A program made the position numbers and the translations under genes. The notes beneath the pieces were generated by a model. It worked only from the letters and a program-made list of their open reading frames with translations, had not been told where the DNA came from and did not search any database. A stretch of 64,000 nt of DNA from Candidatus Aenigmatarchaeota archaeon (GTDB lineage: Archaea > Aenigmatarchaeota > Aenigmatarchaeia > QMZP01 > QMZT01): positions 128,001 to 192,000 of the forward strand of contig JAPLVC010000001.1 in the NCBI GenBank assembly GCA_026397315.1. Direction: 5' to 3'. Of the stretch, positions 29,347-39,296 are shown in pieces. The first letter of the stretch is position 1, and each line of letters starts with the position of its first letter.

Positions 29347-29673
29347 ATGCGCATGCTAACTGCAGGAAAGGGCAAATACAAAGTATGGCTGAAAGAAGCG
29401 AGGCAGGGGAAGGACTTGGTGCTCTTTCTCGGCGGCGGCGAGAGGACACATATAGGATCAGTCGTCGTGTGCGCTCCAGGGAAACCAGCGAAAGTCATCA
29501 ACAGGAAAGGCCATTACGATTGGATGGTCGCCATGCCCATAGCGGAGAAAAAGAGCAGAAAGACAAAGAAGGCGGTCGTGTGCATAGCCGGGATTCACGT
29601 TAACAATGCTAGCAAAAAAGAGATAGAGATTCTCAAAAAGAACTGTAAAAAAATAGAGGATTATATTAGATGA
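29347..29673 (+). CDS. LpdD-like prenylated-flavin chaperone
   Basis: DL...GG...HIGSV, GH.D, V..AGIHV.NA...EI pattern; abuts the UbiD gene. Confidence 0.7.
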   Translation: MRMLTAGKGKYKVWLKEARQGKDLVLFLGGGERTHIGSVVVCAPGKPAKVINRKGHYDWMVAMPIAEKKSRKTKKAVVCIAGIHVNNASKKEIEILKKNCKKIEDYIR

Positions 29674-30260
29674 GTCTTATGAAGCGGAACAAGTGGTATA
29701 AAATTTTACTCAAGGAAGCCGAAATGTATTTGAAAAAAGCACCAAAAGTTTCGCCAGTGCACAAATCCGATCACCTGAAAAGGGTCTGGAAGAGGTCGGA
29801 GATCCTGTGCAAGAGTCTGAACTGCGATCCTGATGTCATGGTTGCGGCATGCCTTCTTCATGATCTTGGAAGGCATCACGGGCTCGAAATACACGGAAGG
29901 AAATCAGCCGAACTCGCAAAGCCCATACTTGAAAGGCATAACTTTCCCAGGGACAAAATACCCAAAGTCCTGGATGCGATAGCTCAGCATGACTATAATT
30001 TTCCGCCTGCCGAAAGAAAATCAATAGAGTCCAAGATTCTTTACGATGCCGACAAAATGGACGCTTTCGGAACAGTGGGCATTTACAGGCACTTGCTATT
30101 CATTGAGGCGGGCAGGATAAGGATGAACGAGGTCATTCCACTGCTAGAAAAAAGATGGACTGGTTTAACGCTGATTGAAAGCAGAAAAATCGCAAAGGAG
30201 GATTACGAATACACAGTTAACTTTTTTAAAAGCTTGCAAAAAGAATTGAAGGAGGCATGA
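29670..30260 (+). CDS. HD-domain phosphohydrolase
   Basis: H...H..RV, LLHDLGR, AIAQH, LYDADKMDAFG. Confidence 0.9.
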   Translation: MSLMKRNKWYKILLKEAEMYLKKAPKVSPVHKSDHLKRVWKRSEILCKSLNCDPDVMVAACLLHDLGRHHGLEIHGRKSAELAKPILERHNFPRDKIPKVLDAIAQHDYNFPPAERKSIESKILYDADKMDAFGTVGIYRHLLFIEAGRIRMNEVIPLLEKRWTGLTLIESRKIAKEDYEYTVNFFKSLQKELKEA

Positions 30261-30263
30261 ATT

Positions 30264-31445
30264 ATGTATCTCACTAAAGAACAGGAGAATATGCTTAATG
30301 GCGGGCACGGCGAAGTCGTCGAAAGGCAAATGCGGCTGCTTGTGCGGCTCGGCGAAATATACAAGGCCGACAAGATGATAGACGTCGGCTCCGTGCAGGT
30401 CGCCGGCGTTTCATACAAGTCGATAGGCGACCCGGGTCTCGAGTTCCTCGAGGATATTGCTCACAAAGGAGCGAAGGTCAAGGTCCTGACTTTTTTGAAT
30501 CCCGCGGGTATGGACATGGAGAACTGGAGGGAAATAGGCTTCCCCGAAAGCTTCGCGACGATGCAGAAGAAGGTTATGGACGCGTTCGAGCAGATGGGCA
30601 TCGTCATGTCAGCGACATGCACGCCATATCTCGCCGGCAACCTGCCTCGCTTCCGCGAGCACATCGCATGGTCCGAGAGCTCGGCTGTTTCATTTTCCAA
30701 TTCAGTAATTGGTGCAAGGACGAACCGTGAAGGCGGACCGTCCGCACTGGCGGCTGCGATATGCGGCTTCACTCCGAACTACGGCCTGCACCTCGACGAG
30801 AACAGGAAGCCCCACATGCTCGTGAAAGTCGACGCGAAGCTGGAATACAACTCGGATTTCGGCGCGCTCGGCTACCACGTAGGCAAGATCGCCGGCAGCA
30901 AGATTCCTTATTTCACCGGCATAAAGAACGCGAACACCGACAATCTCAAAGCGCTCGGCGCTGCGATGGCGGCCAGCGGGGCTGTCGCTCTCTATCATGC
31001 GGAAGGTCTTACGCCAGAAGCGAGCACGATGGAAACGAAAGGCCTCGAGATCATAGAGGTCGGCGAGAAGGAGCTGAAAGAAGCGTATGCGAAACTCAAC
31101 ACGGGCAAGGACCCGGACCTCGTCGTCGTGGGATGCCCGCACGCATCGCTCAGGGAGATAATAACAATCGCGAAAAAAATCGATGGCAAGCACCTGAAAA
31201 AGCCGTTCTGGATATGCACCTCGCGCGTCATGAAGGACGCTGCGACGCGCATGGGCCTGACGGCAACGATAGAGAAAGCAGGCGGAAAAATCGTGGCTGA
31301 TACGTGCATGGTCGTCTCGCCCATCGAGGAAATGGGCTTCAAGACGACCGGAGTCGACTCTGGAAAAGCGGGAAACTATCTTCCCGGCTTCTGCAAGCAG
31401 AGCGTCGTGTTCAAGAACATAGACGATCTGATAAAATCCGGATGA
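30264..31445 (+). CDS. Aconitase X large subunit (DUF521), probably phosphomevalonate dehydratase large subunit
   Basis: GVSYKSIGD, TCTPY, WSESSAV, GARTNREG, GCPH, DTCMVVSP, SGK. Confidence 0.92.
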   Translation: MYLTKEQENMLNGGHGEVVERQMRLLVRLGEIYKADKMIDVGSVQVAGVSYKSIGDPGLEFLEDIAHKGAKVKVLTFLNPAGMDMENWREIGFPESFATMQKKVMDAFEQMGIVMSATCTPYLAGNLPRFREHIAWSESSAVSFSNSVIGARTNREGGPSALAAAICGFTPNYGLHLDENRKPHMLVKVDAKLEYNSDFGALGYHVGKIAGSKIPYFTGIKNANTDNLKALGAAMAASGAVALYHAEGLTPEASTMETKGLEIIEVGEKELKEAYAKLNTGKDPDLVVVGCPHASLREIITIAKKIDGKHLKKPFWICTSRVMKDAATRMGLTATIEKAGGKIVADTCMVVSPIEEMGFKTTGVDSGKAGNYLPGFCKQSVVFKNIDDLIKSG

Positions 31446-31494
31446 CGACTTGAATTTATGTTCAAGGTCGTCTTTCGAAGGAAATGGTGATGTC

Positions 31495-31893
31495 ATGACG
31501 AAAGAAGTTATGAAAGGAAGAAGCATTTCGCCTGGGAAAGCGGAAGGCGAAGCGATAGTTTCGAAGACGCCGCTCGGATTCTACGGCGGCATCGATGCAA
31601 AAACGGGCATCGTCATCGAGAAGGGTCATGAGCTTGAGGGAAAGAACGTCAAAGATAAGATTCTCGTTTTCCCCACAGGCAAGGGCTCGACGGTCGGCTC
31701 TTACGTCATATATGGACTGAAAAAGAACGGCGTCGCTCCCAAGGCGATAATCAACAAGGAGACGGAAACCATCGTCGCTACGGGCGTGATTCTCGCCGAC
31801 ATACCGTGCGTCGACCAGATAGACATAGAGAAGCTGAACACGGGCGACAGGCTGAAAGTCGACGCAACGAAGGGAACGGTAGAGCATGCGTGA
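31495..31893 (+). CDS. Aconitase X small swivel subunit (DUF126), probably phosphomevalonate dehydratase small subunit
   Basis: GKAEGEA, FYGGID..TG, FPTGKGSTVGSY. Confidence 0.92.
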   Translation: MTKEVMKGRSISPGKAEGEAIVSKTPLGFYGGIDAKTGIVIEKGHELEGKNVKDKILVFPTGKGSTVGSYVIYGLKKNGVAPKAIINKETETIVATGVILADIPCVDQIDIEKLNTGDRLKVDATKGTVEHA

Positions 31894-32458
31894 CGCTTCA
31901 GAAAAGGAAAGAATCATAGTCGGCATTTCAGGCAGTTCATGCGCCATCCTTGGCGTGCGCTTTCTCGAGGTCGCAAAAAAGCTCGGCTTGGAGACGCATC
32001 TCGTCATAAGCGAGACTGCTGAGAAAATCATAGAGCACGAAACCGGTCGCAAGGTCAGCGACGTCAGAAAGCTCGCGACTAAAGCTTATGGCTACCGCGA
32101 CCTTTTCGCTGCGATAGCGTCCGGCTCTTTTCAGACGAAGGGCATGGTCATAATACCGTGCAGCATGAAAACGCTAGCAGGCGTTGCCAGCGGTTATTCC
32201 GACAACCTGATGTTACGGGCGGCGGACGTTTGTCTTAAAGAACGGCGAAAGCTGGTGCTGGTCGCGCGCGAGACGCCTCTGAGCCTGATACACATCGAGA
32301 ACATGAAACGCGTTACGCTCGCTGGAGGCGTAATCCTGCCACCTGTCATGACGCTCTATGCGAAACAGAAAAGCATAGAAGACCTTACGAATCACGTAAT
32401 CGGCAAGACGCTCGACGTGCTCGGCATCGACAACAAGGTTTACAACAGGTGGAGCTAG
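31886..32458 (+). CDS. ubiX: Flavin prenyltransferase UbiX
   Basis: VGISGSS, IASGS, PCSMKTL, RAADVCLKERRKLVLVARETP. Confidence 0.95.
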   Translation: MRDASEKERIIVGISGSSCAILGVRFLEVAKKLGLETHLVISETAEKIIEHETGRKVSDVRKLATKAYGYRDLFAAIASGSFQTKGMVIIPCSMKTLAGVASGYSDNLMLRAADVCLKERRKLVLVARETPLSLIHIENMKRVTLAGGVILPPVMTLYAKQKSIEDLTNHVIGKTLDVLGIDNKVYNRWS

Positions 32459-32493
32459 AGACGCTTTTTAAGCCAAAAACGGAATTGATATTC

Positions 32494-33273
32494 ATGAAAA
32501 ACCTGATATTCGTCAAGCTTGGCGGCTCGCTGATAACCGACAAGTCGAGGCCATACACCGCAAGGCATGATGTAATCAGAAGGCTATGCAGAGAAATACA
32601 TGAAGCACGCTCGGACAAGGATTTCCCGCTGCTCGTCGGCCACGGCGGCGGCAGCTTCCCGCACGTATCCGCGAAGAAATACGAGACGCACAAAGGCGCT
32701 ATTCGCAGCGACAGCTGGGAAGGCTTCGCGAAAGTCCAGGACGACGCCGCGCGCCTGAACAGGATAGTCGTCTCGTCGCTCATGGAAGCGGACGAATACG
32801 CGGTTTCGATACAGCCGTCAGCATCGTGCTCGGCAAGGAATGATCGTATTATCAAATGGCACATGACGCCCATAGAAGTCGCGCTCTCAAAGGGTCTCAT
32901 ACCCGTGCCGCACGGCGACGTGTGCGTCGACGATGTGAAAGGATGCTGCATCATATCCACGGAAGAGATACTGGGCTTCCTAGCGAGAAAGCTCAGGCCA
33001 GAGCGCATAATCATGGCAGGCAAGACCGACGGAGTGCTGGGCCCGCTGGGAGAGACGATAAAGCGGATTGACAGGAAAAATTACGCGGAGATTATCGACT
33101 CGCTCTCCTCGTCGGACGGCGTCGCGGACGTGACCGGCGGCATGGCGCAGAAAGTGAAGATGTCGCTAGCGATGGGTTGCGAAGTCGAAATAATAAACGG
33201 CCTCAAACCAGGCGAGCTGAAAAGAGCGCTGCTCGGGGAGAGAGGATTGGGAACTATAATTAGCGGAAAATGA
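32494..33273 (+). CDS. ipk: Isopentenyl phosphate kinase
   Basis: KLGGSLITDK, HGGGSFPH, PHGDV, DVTGGM..K. Confidence 0.93.
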   Translation: MKNLIFVKLGGSLITDKSRPYTARHDVIRRLCREIHEARSDKDFPLLVGHGGGSFPHVSAKKYETHKGAIRSDSWEGFAKVQDDAARLNRIVVSSLMEADEYAVSIQPSASCSARNDRIIKWHMTPIEVALSKGLIPVPHGDVCVDDVKGCCIISTEEILGFLARKLRPERIIMAGKTDGVLGPLGETIKRIDRKNYAEIIDSLSSSDGVADVTGGMAQKVKMSLAMGCEVEIINGLKPGELKRALLGERGLGTIISGK

Positions 33274-34292
33274 TTGTTATGTCTTCTGACAAAAAATCCG
33301 TCACCAAGTCGCGCAAGGACGATCACATACGCATATGTCTCGAGAAAAACGTCGAGTTCGCGAAGTCGAACGGCTTCGACCGCGTCGAGCTGGAGCACAG
33401 CGCGCTGCCGGAGATTGAGAGAAGCGACATCGATTTGTCCACCAGATTCATGGGAAAGAAGTTCCGCTACCCGCTTTTCATAGAGGCGATAACAGGAGGA
33501 ACGGCACAGGGCGAGCGCATAAACAAGAATCTCGCTGCTGCGGCAGAAGCGCTTGGAATTGGAATGGGCGTCGGCTCGCAGCGCGCGATGTTGGAGGACG
33601 CGAAAGCTACGAGAACGTATTCTGTTCGCGACGTCGCGCCCAGCATTTTTCTTCTCGGCAACATAGGCGCGGCGCAACTGAGGAAATACGATACGTCTCG
33701 TGTGCTGGCGCTGGTCGACGCGATAAAGGCCGACGGGCTAGCGATTCATCTCAACGTCGCGCAGGAACTCGCTCAGAAAGAAGGGGATAAATCATGGAAA
33801 GGCGTTTTCGACGACATAAAGGCGCTGTGCGCCAAATCGAAAGTTCCGATAATCGCTAAAGAAACCGGCTGCGGCATTTCGGGAAAGCTGTCTGAAGCGC
33901 TCGTATCAGCGGGTGTGAAGGCGATAGACATCGCGGGCGCGGGCGGCACGTCGTGGGTCAAGGTCGACAGCCATCGGACTGACGATGATGTGAGTCACAT
34001 CGAGGAATGGGGCATCCCGACGGCGCGGGCGCTGAAGGACGTGGCTGGTTCGGTCGAAGTTCCGATAATCGCTTCCGGCGGCATACGCAACGGCGTCGAG
34101 GTCGCTAAGGCGATAGCGATGGGAGCTTCGCTGGTCGGAATGGCGCTGCCGCTGCTGAAACCAGCGACCGAGTCGTCTGAAAGCGTGAGAAAGCACCTGG
34201 AAAAAATAATTTCACAACTGGAAGACGCGATGTTCCTTGTCGGCGCGAGGAACGTGTCCGAGCTGAAGAAAGTGAAAGTACTTTACGCATGA
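33270..34292 (+). CDS. fni: Type 2 isopentenyl-diphosphate delta-isomerase
   Basis: RKDDHI, GVGSQRA, HLNVAQE, KETGCG, GAGGTSW, ASGGIR. Confidence 0.95.
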   Translation: MIVMSSDKKSVTKSRKDDHIRICLEKNVEFAKSNGFDRVELEHSALPEIERSDIDLSTRFMGKKFRYPLFIEAITGGTAQGERINKNLAAAAEALGIGMGVGSQRAMLEDAKATRTYSVRDVAPSIFLLGNIGAAQLRKYDTSRVLALVDAIKADGLAIHLNVAQELAQKEGDKSWKGVFDDIKALCAKSKVPIIAKETGCGISGKLSEALVSAGVKAIDIAGAGGTSWVKVDSHRTDDDVSHIEEWGIPTARALKDVAGSVEVPIIASGGIRNGVEVAKAIAMGASLVGMALPLLKPATESSESVRKHLEKIISQLEDAMFLVGARNVSELKKVKVLYA

Positions 34293-34318
34293 CTCTCTGG
34301 TTCTGAAGTAGATAATAT

Positions 34319-34705
34319 TCAGGCGCTTGTGAACCTGTATCTTCTGGGGGCGAACCTGCCGTTCACACCCGAAAATCCACATCTCTGACAGGTCATCTTG
34401 TAAAGGATTTTCCTGCCCTTGAGGTTCTTCGTGTAAATCTTTTTGAGCCCGCCGTAGCATGACGGGCACTTGTCCATCTTGCCGCCCATGCGCGTTTCAG
34501 TGATGATTTTAGTGCCGGGTATCTTGGAGAAAATGCTGCGCAGGCGGACGCTCGAAACAGAAAGCCTTGAGTCGACCATCTTCAGGCGCATGTTGACGAG
34601 GTCAGTGAACTCGCGCAGGGAGGCGATTTCTTTATGTTTCTGCATGACCTCTTTTATGACGAAAAGTATGACGTCCTTGTTGGGGACTTTCGCGCCGTCT
34701 TTCAT
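34319..34705 (-). CDS. Hypothetical Zn-ribbon protein
   Basis: CPSC...CQRCG. Confidence 0.75.
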   Translation of the reverse strand: MKDGAKVPNKDVILFVIKEVMQKHKEIASLREFTDLVNMRLKMVDSRLSVSSVRLRSIFSKIPGTKIITETRMGGKMDKCPSCYGGLKKIYTKNLKGRKILYKMTCQRCGFSGVNGRFAPRRYRFTSA

Positions 34706-34738
34706 GCTTAACTTTTGAAGCCGGGATTTTTAAGACTT

Positions 34739-35038
34739 TCAGAAGCGGTGTAGTTGCCTTTTCAGGTCGATTTTGCCGTTCCTTAGCGTTATGCCGTCCT
34801 TCCTGAGAAGCTGCGCTTTCGTTTTCACGCCGCCGCGGCCTGAGTAGCCGCCGAGCGAGCCGTCGGAGCGCACGACCTTGTAGCACGGCGTTTTTACAGG
34901 ATCGGGGTTGTGTTTCATGAACATCGCTATCGCTCTCGGGTGCGTTCCGGCCGCTTTAGCGAGCGCTCCGTATGTCGTTATTTTGCCTCGTGGCACCCGC
35001 CTCAGCAACGAGTATACAATCTCCATTTTCGAAGCCAT
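34739..35038 (-). CDS. O6-alkylguanine-DNA alkyltransferase family protein (C-terminal domain only)
   Basis: VPRGKITTYG, PRAI, NP....PCYKVV.SDGSLGGY with the active-site Cys retained. Confidence 0.88.
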   Translation of the reverse strand: MASKMEIVYSLLRRVPRGKITTYGALAKAAGTHPRAIAMFMKHNPDPVKTPCYKVVRSDGSLGGYSGRGGVKTKAQLLRKDGITLRNGKIDLKRQLHRF

Positions 35039-35100
35039 GTTTAAACTTCTTTAATTTAGAATATATATGCCCCAATCCAAATTATTTAAATTGAGGAATT

Positions 35101-35661
35101 ATGCTGAAAGCCCAGAGCACGAAGGACGGAATAGAGAAGGGCGACGCGGAAAAAGCCATAAAGGAAAACGAGATTATCCTGTTCCTGCTGCCCAACCAGA
35201 GCTACTCCGACAAGATAAAAGTCGTCGCCGGCGCGGCCGCAAAGACCGGCCAAAGGATATGCTACGTGGCGGCTAACAAGCCTTCAGAAGTACTCTCAAA
35301 GGATTTCGACAAGAACAAGATCGATATAGCCAAGTTCTATTTCGTGGACTGTGTCACCAAAAGCCTCAAGAATAGCGAGAAAGTCGTCTACGTCTCGTCG
35401 CCTAAAGCGCTCACAGAGATAAACATAGCGCTGAAAAAGATGATAGAGTCGTCTAAAGCGGATATGACGCTTTTCGACTCGCTTTCCACGCTTCTCATAT
35501 ACGAGGACTCGCACGTCGTCATACGCTTCGTCCACTCGATAATATCGGCTTTCAGGACCATGAAGTCGAAAGGTATTCTAATATCTCTCAAGGAAGAGAC
35601 GCAGAGCGAGCTGATAAAAGATTTGAATATGTTCGTTGACAAGGTAGTAGAGTTGGGTTAG
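35101..35661 (+). CDS. Inactive KaiC/RecA-fold protein (no Walker A)
   Basis: CYV...KP, FVDCVT, LFDSLSTLLIY, MFVDKVVE; paralog of 45118-45669. Confidence 0.75.
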   Translation: MLKAQSTKDGIEKGDAEKAIKENEIILFLLPNQSYSDKIKVVAGAAAKTGQRICYVAANKPSEVLSKDFDKNKIDIAKFYFVDCVTKSLKNSEKVVYVSSPKALTEINIALKKMIESSKADMTLFDSLSTLLIYEDSHVVIRFVHSIISAFRTMKSKGILISLKEETQSELIKDLNMFVDKVVELG

Positions 35662-35675
35662 CTGCTGGTGTGTTA

Positions 35676-38600
35676 ATGGCGGTCGGGGTAAAGGGTAAAA
35701 AACAAAAGTTTAGCTGCGGGGATGCATTGCTGGAAAAAATCAGGCAATGCGCTCCCATAGTTGACGTTTTCCCCGACATAGCTTATTTTAAGGACCTGGA
35801 TCACAGGAACGTTTTCATAAACAAGGCATTCGAGAAATTTGCCGGCCGCAAAAAGAGCGATATCGAAGGTAAGCGCGACGACGAGATTCTGCCGAAGGAG
35901 CTGGCACGCCAGTGCATGAAAAGCGACGACGCCGTCAGGAACGGGAAGCCCGTGCACACCGATGAGGCGCTCACGGACAAAGACGGCAAGACTGCATTCT
36001 TCGACACCATGAAATTCCCCCTGAGGGACGGGGAAGGCCGGATAATAGGCCTCATGGGCATAAGCCGCGAAATCACCGAAAAGAAGCGCGATGAGCATGA
36101 GCTCAGGGAAAGCGAGGCTTCATACAGAGCCATAGCCGACAACATCCCGGGCATTGTTTACAGGATTCATCTCGAGGGTGAAAAAAGCTTCACGGAATTT
36201 TTCAACGAGAACGTGCAGACGCTTGCAGGTTATCCGCCGGAGAAGCTCAGTGGCGGCAGGTGCCCGATGGATCCGCTAATAGTCAGCGAAGACAGAAAAA
36301 ATGTGATAGAGACCATCGCAAATGCGATAAAGAAAGGGCAGCCGTTCAAGGTGGAATATCGCATAAAGAACAAGAAAGGCGATATCCGCTACTTCGCGGA
36401 AAGGGGCAGGCCCATATTTGACGAGAAAATGAAAGCCGAGCACATAGACGGCGTCATTTTTGACGTGACCCAGAGCAAAAAGGCCGACGACGCCTTCAGA
36501 AACGTCATGGACCAATACAAGTATCTCTATGATGAAAGCCCCGCCGTCAACATAATAGTCGGCAACAACGGCAAAATAATGGACATAAACAGGAAATCTG
36601 CGCAGGCGATAGGATACAAAAAAGAAGAACTCGTAGGCAAAAGTATTTTCGACCTGATGACTGCGTCCGATATAAAGAAAGCACTGACAGTCCTTAAAGA
36701 CAGTATCATGAACAAGTACACACCAGAGATGGAGCTGGCTATAAAATCAAAAGACGGTTCTATAAGAAGGCTGCTTCTTTCCGAAGGCGGCACGCCAATT
36801 TACGATAAAGGGAAAGCTGTCGGAGTGCTGGTCACGGGCATGGACATAACGGAACGCAAGAAAGCGGAAGAGTTGACAAGGCAAAACGAGGAAAAATACA
36901 GGAGTATAATCGAGCTGGCTCCGGATGGCATAATCTCCGTGAGCCTGAAAGGAACGGTGACAGCGTGCAATTCGGCCTTCGAAAAACTCACCGGATATTC
37001 AAAGGAGGAGATTGTAGGCAAGCATTTCACCAGTCTCCCGACCATCAACAAGAAGGACATGCCGAGCTACATAAAATTGTTCACTTCCATCATCAGGGGT
37101 AAAATTCCGGAGTCATTCAAGTTCGAATGGAAACACAAAAACGGCTCCTTGCACATGGGCGAAATCCGCGTTGGCCTGATGAAAAGCGGTAACAAAATAA
37201 CCGGAATGCAGGCATTCATAAGTGACATAACAGAAAGATTGATGGTAGAAAAAAGGGCTAAGGAGGACGAAGATAAATACAAGTTCCTGGTCGACAGTAT
37301 GCAGGAGATAGCAATTATTCTCAGCAAAACCGGAACGATACTGTTCGCCAACAGGTCTGCCCTTGAAACGCTGGGCTATACTGAAGAGGAGGTTATAGGC
37401 AAATCCATCGTTTCTTTCCTCACGAAAGGCTCGCTCAAGAAAGCCTTATATGCGCTCGCGCAGGAATTCCTCGGCAAACATCAGGAGGAGATGGAAGTCG
37501 AGGTCAAAAACAAAAAAAGCGAGATAAGGACTTTGCTGATTGCCGAGTCATCAAACCCCATTCACAAAGACGGGAAAATGATCGGGATTCTGGTGAACGC
37601 CCGCGACATCACTGAGCAGAAAAAGACCAATGAATTGCGCAGGGAAAGCGGGGAACAATTCAGAAAGCTCTTCAACGAGATGCCAGACGCCGTCATCATC
37701 CTTGACAAGAAGGGGACGTTGCTTGAAATGAGCAAAGAAGCTGAAAAGATAAGCGGCTATCCGAGGAATGAATTGATAGGCAGAAACATCTTCGCCACAC
37801 GTATCCTTGACATGAAGACGAAGGCGCTCACTATCAGAAAACTGGCCCTGCATTTTTCCGGCGAAAGTGTTCTGCCATTCGAAGTCAAAATCTACAGGAA
37901 AGATGGTGGCACCGTCCCGCTTGAAATAAAGCCGCAGATGATTGATTACATGGGAAAGGAGGCTGACCTCATAGCTCTCAGGGACCTCACCGAACGCAAG
38001 ATAGCTGAGGCTGCAGTCAGCGAGAACGAGGAAAGGTATAGGATACAGTTCGAAGAGGCGCTGGACACTATTGTAATAGCCAACGCGAAAACAGGCATAA
38101 TAGTTGACTGCAACCGCGCAGCAACACAGTTGGTCGGGAGAGACAAGTCGGAGCTTATCGGGCAGCATCAAAGAATACTCCATCCGCCAGAAGATACCAA
38201 AGGTCAGTTCAGCGAGACATTCAAAAAACACATAAGCGTTGCCAAAGGCCAACCATTGGAAGCGCGGATTATCACCAAAAGCGGGGAAATAAAGTTCGTT
38301 ACCATAAAGGCCAACCTGATTGAAATGAGGGGTGAAAAATTAATTCAGGGAATATTCAGGGACATTACCGAATGGAAAAGAGTGGAAAACGAGTTGAGAA
38401 AGAGTGATGAACGCTTCAGGCAGATCACCGAAAATGCTTACGAGTGGGTATGGGAAGTTGACACCAACGGTGTGTATACCTATTCGAACACCATAATTGA
38501 AAGGATACTTGGCTACACATCTGATGAGCTTGTTGGTAAGGTACATTTTTACGATTTATTTGCTCCCGATGTGAAAGAGCAGTTAAAGAAAGCGGCCCTT

Positions 38601-39293
38601 GAAACCTTCGCCAAAAAACAACCTATCAGGGGGTTTATAAACCAGAACCTGCACAAGAACGGCAATATGATCATACTTGAAACGAATTGTGCGCCGATCC
38701 TTGATGAAAAAGGCCGCCTCTTGGGCTACCGTGGCGCTGATACGGACATCACCGAACGCAAAAAGACGGAAGATATTATCAAAGAAAGCGAAAGCAGATA
38801 CAAGCTGATGGCCGAGCAAACAGGGCAGGTAATTTATGATTATGAGATTGCATCCGGCGCCATTAAATGGTCCGGGGCGATAATGAATATCACCGGTTAC
38901 ACGCCAGAAGGGTTGCAAAAAATGGGTATAAAAGAATGGGGGGAATCAATCCATCCGGATGATTCCAAGAATGTCTCGGAACTCCTAGACAAAGCAATTA
39001 AGCAATGTACGAAATTCGACAGTGAATACAGATTCATGCGTAAGGATGGCAGTTACGTGTACGTCGAGGATAGGGGCATCGTGCTAAAAGATGCGAAAGG
39101 TAAGCCATACCGCATGCTCGGTACCATGAAAGACATTACTTACAGGAAAAAGGCGGATGATGAAATAAAAAATAGGACAGAGGAACTCGAGCGCTTCAAC
39201 CGTCTCGCCGTCGGCAGGGAGTTGAAAATGATCGAGCTTAAAAACAGGATTGAGGATCTGGAAAAAAAGCTCAGGGAAAATAAGGATGCATGA
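35676..39293 (+). CDS. Cytoplasmic sensor with nine PAS/PAC domains, no catalytic output, C-terminal GRELKM helix
   Basis: Nine repeats ending in DIT/DVT/DLT/EIT-type motifs; ends ELERFNRLAVGRELKMIELK. Confidence 0.9.
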   Translation: MAVGVKGKKQKFSCGDALLEKIRQCAPIVDVFPDIAYFKDLDHRNVFINKAFEKFAGRKKSDIEGKRDDEILPKELARQCMKSDDAVRNGKPVHTDEALTDKDGKTAFFDTMKFPLRDGEGRIIGLMGISREITEKKRDEHELRESEASYRAIADNIPGIVYRIHLEGEKSFTEFFNENVQTLAGYPPEKLSGGRCPMDPLIVSEDRKNVIETIANAIKKGQPFKVEYRIKNKKGDIRYFAERGRPIFDEKMKAEHIDGVIFDVTQSKKADDAFRNVMDQYKYLYDESPAVNIIVGNNGKIMDINRKSAQAIGYKKEELVGKSIFDLMTASDIKKALTVLKDSIMNKYTPEMELAIKSKDGSIRRLLLSEGGTPIYDKGKAVGVLVTGMDITERKKAEELTRQNEEKYRSIIELAPDGIISVSLKGTVTACNSAFEKLTGYSKEEIVGKHFTSLPTINKKDMPSYIKLFTSIIRGKIPESFKFEWKHKNGSLHMGEIRVGLMKSGNKITGMQAFISDITERLMVEKRAKEDEDKYKFLVDSMQEIAIILSKTGTILFANRSALETLGYTEEEVIGKSIVSFLTKGSLKKALYALAQEFLGKHQEEMEVEVKNKKSEIRTLLIAESSNPIHKDGKMIGILVNARDITEQKKTNELRRESGEQFRKLFNEMPDAVIILDKKGTLLEMSKEAEKISGYPRNELIGRNIFATRILDMKTKALTIRKLALHFSGESVLPFEVKIYRKDGGTVPLEIKPQMIDYMGKEADLIALRDLTERKIAEAAVSENEERYRIQFEEALDTIVIANAKTGIIVDCNRAATQLVGRDKSELIGQHQRILHPPEDTKGQFSETFKKHISVAKGQPLEARIITKSGEIKFVTIKANLIEMRGEKLIQGIFRDITEWKRVENELRKSDERFRQITENAYEWVWEVDTNGVYTYSNTIIERILGYTSDELVGKVHFYDLFAPDVKEQLKKAALETFAKKQPIRGFINQNLHKNGNMIILETNCAPILDEKGRLLGYRGADTDITERKKTEDIIKESESRYKLMAEQTGQVIYDYEIASGAIKWSGAIMNITGYTPEGLQKMGIKEWGESIHPDDSKNVSELLDKAIKQCTKFDSEYRFMRKDGSYVYVEDRGIVLKDAKGKPYRMLGTMKDITYRKKADDEIKNRTEELERFNRLAVGRELKMIELKNRIEDLEKKLRENKDA

Positions 39294-39296
39294 ATA

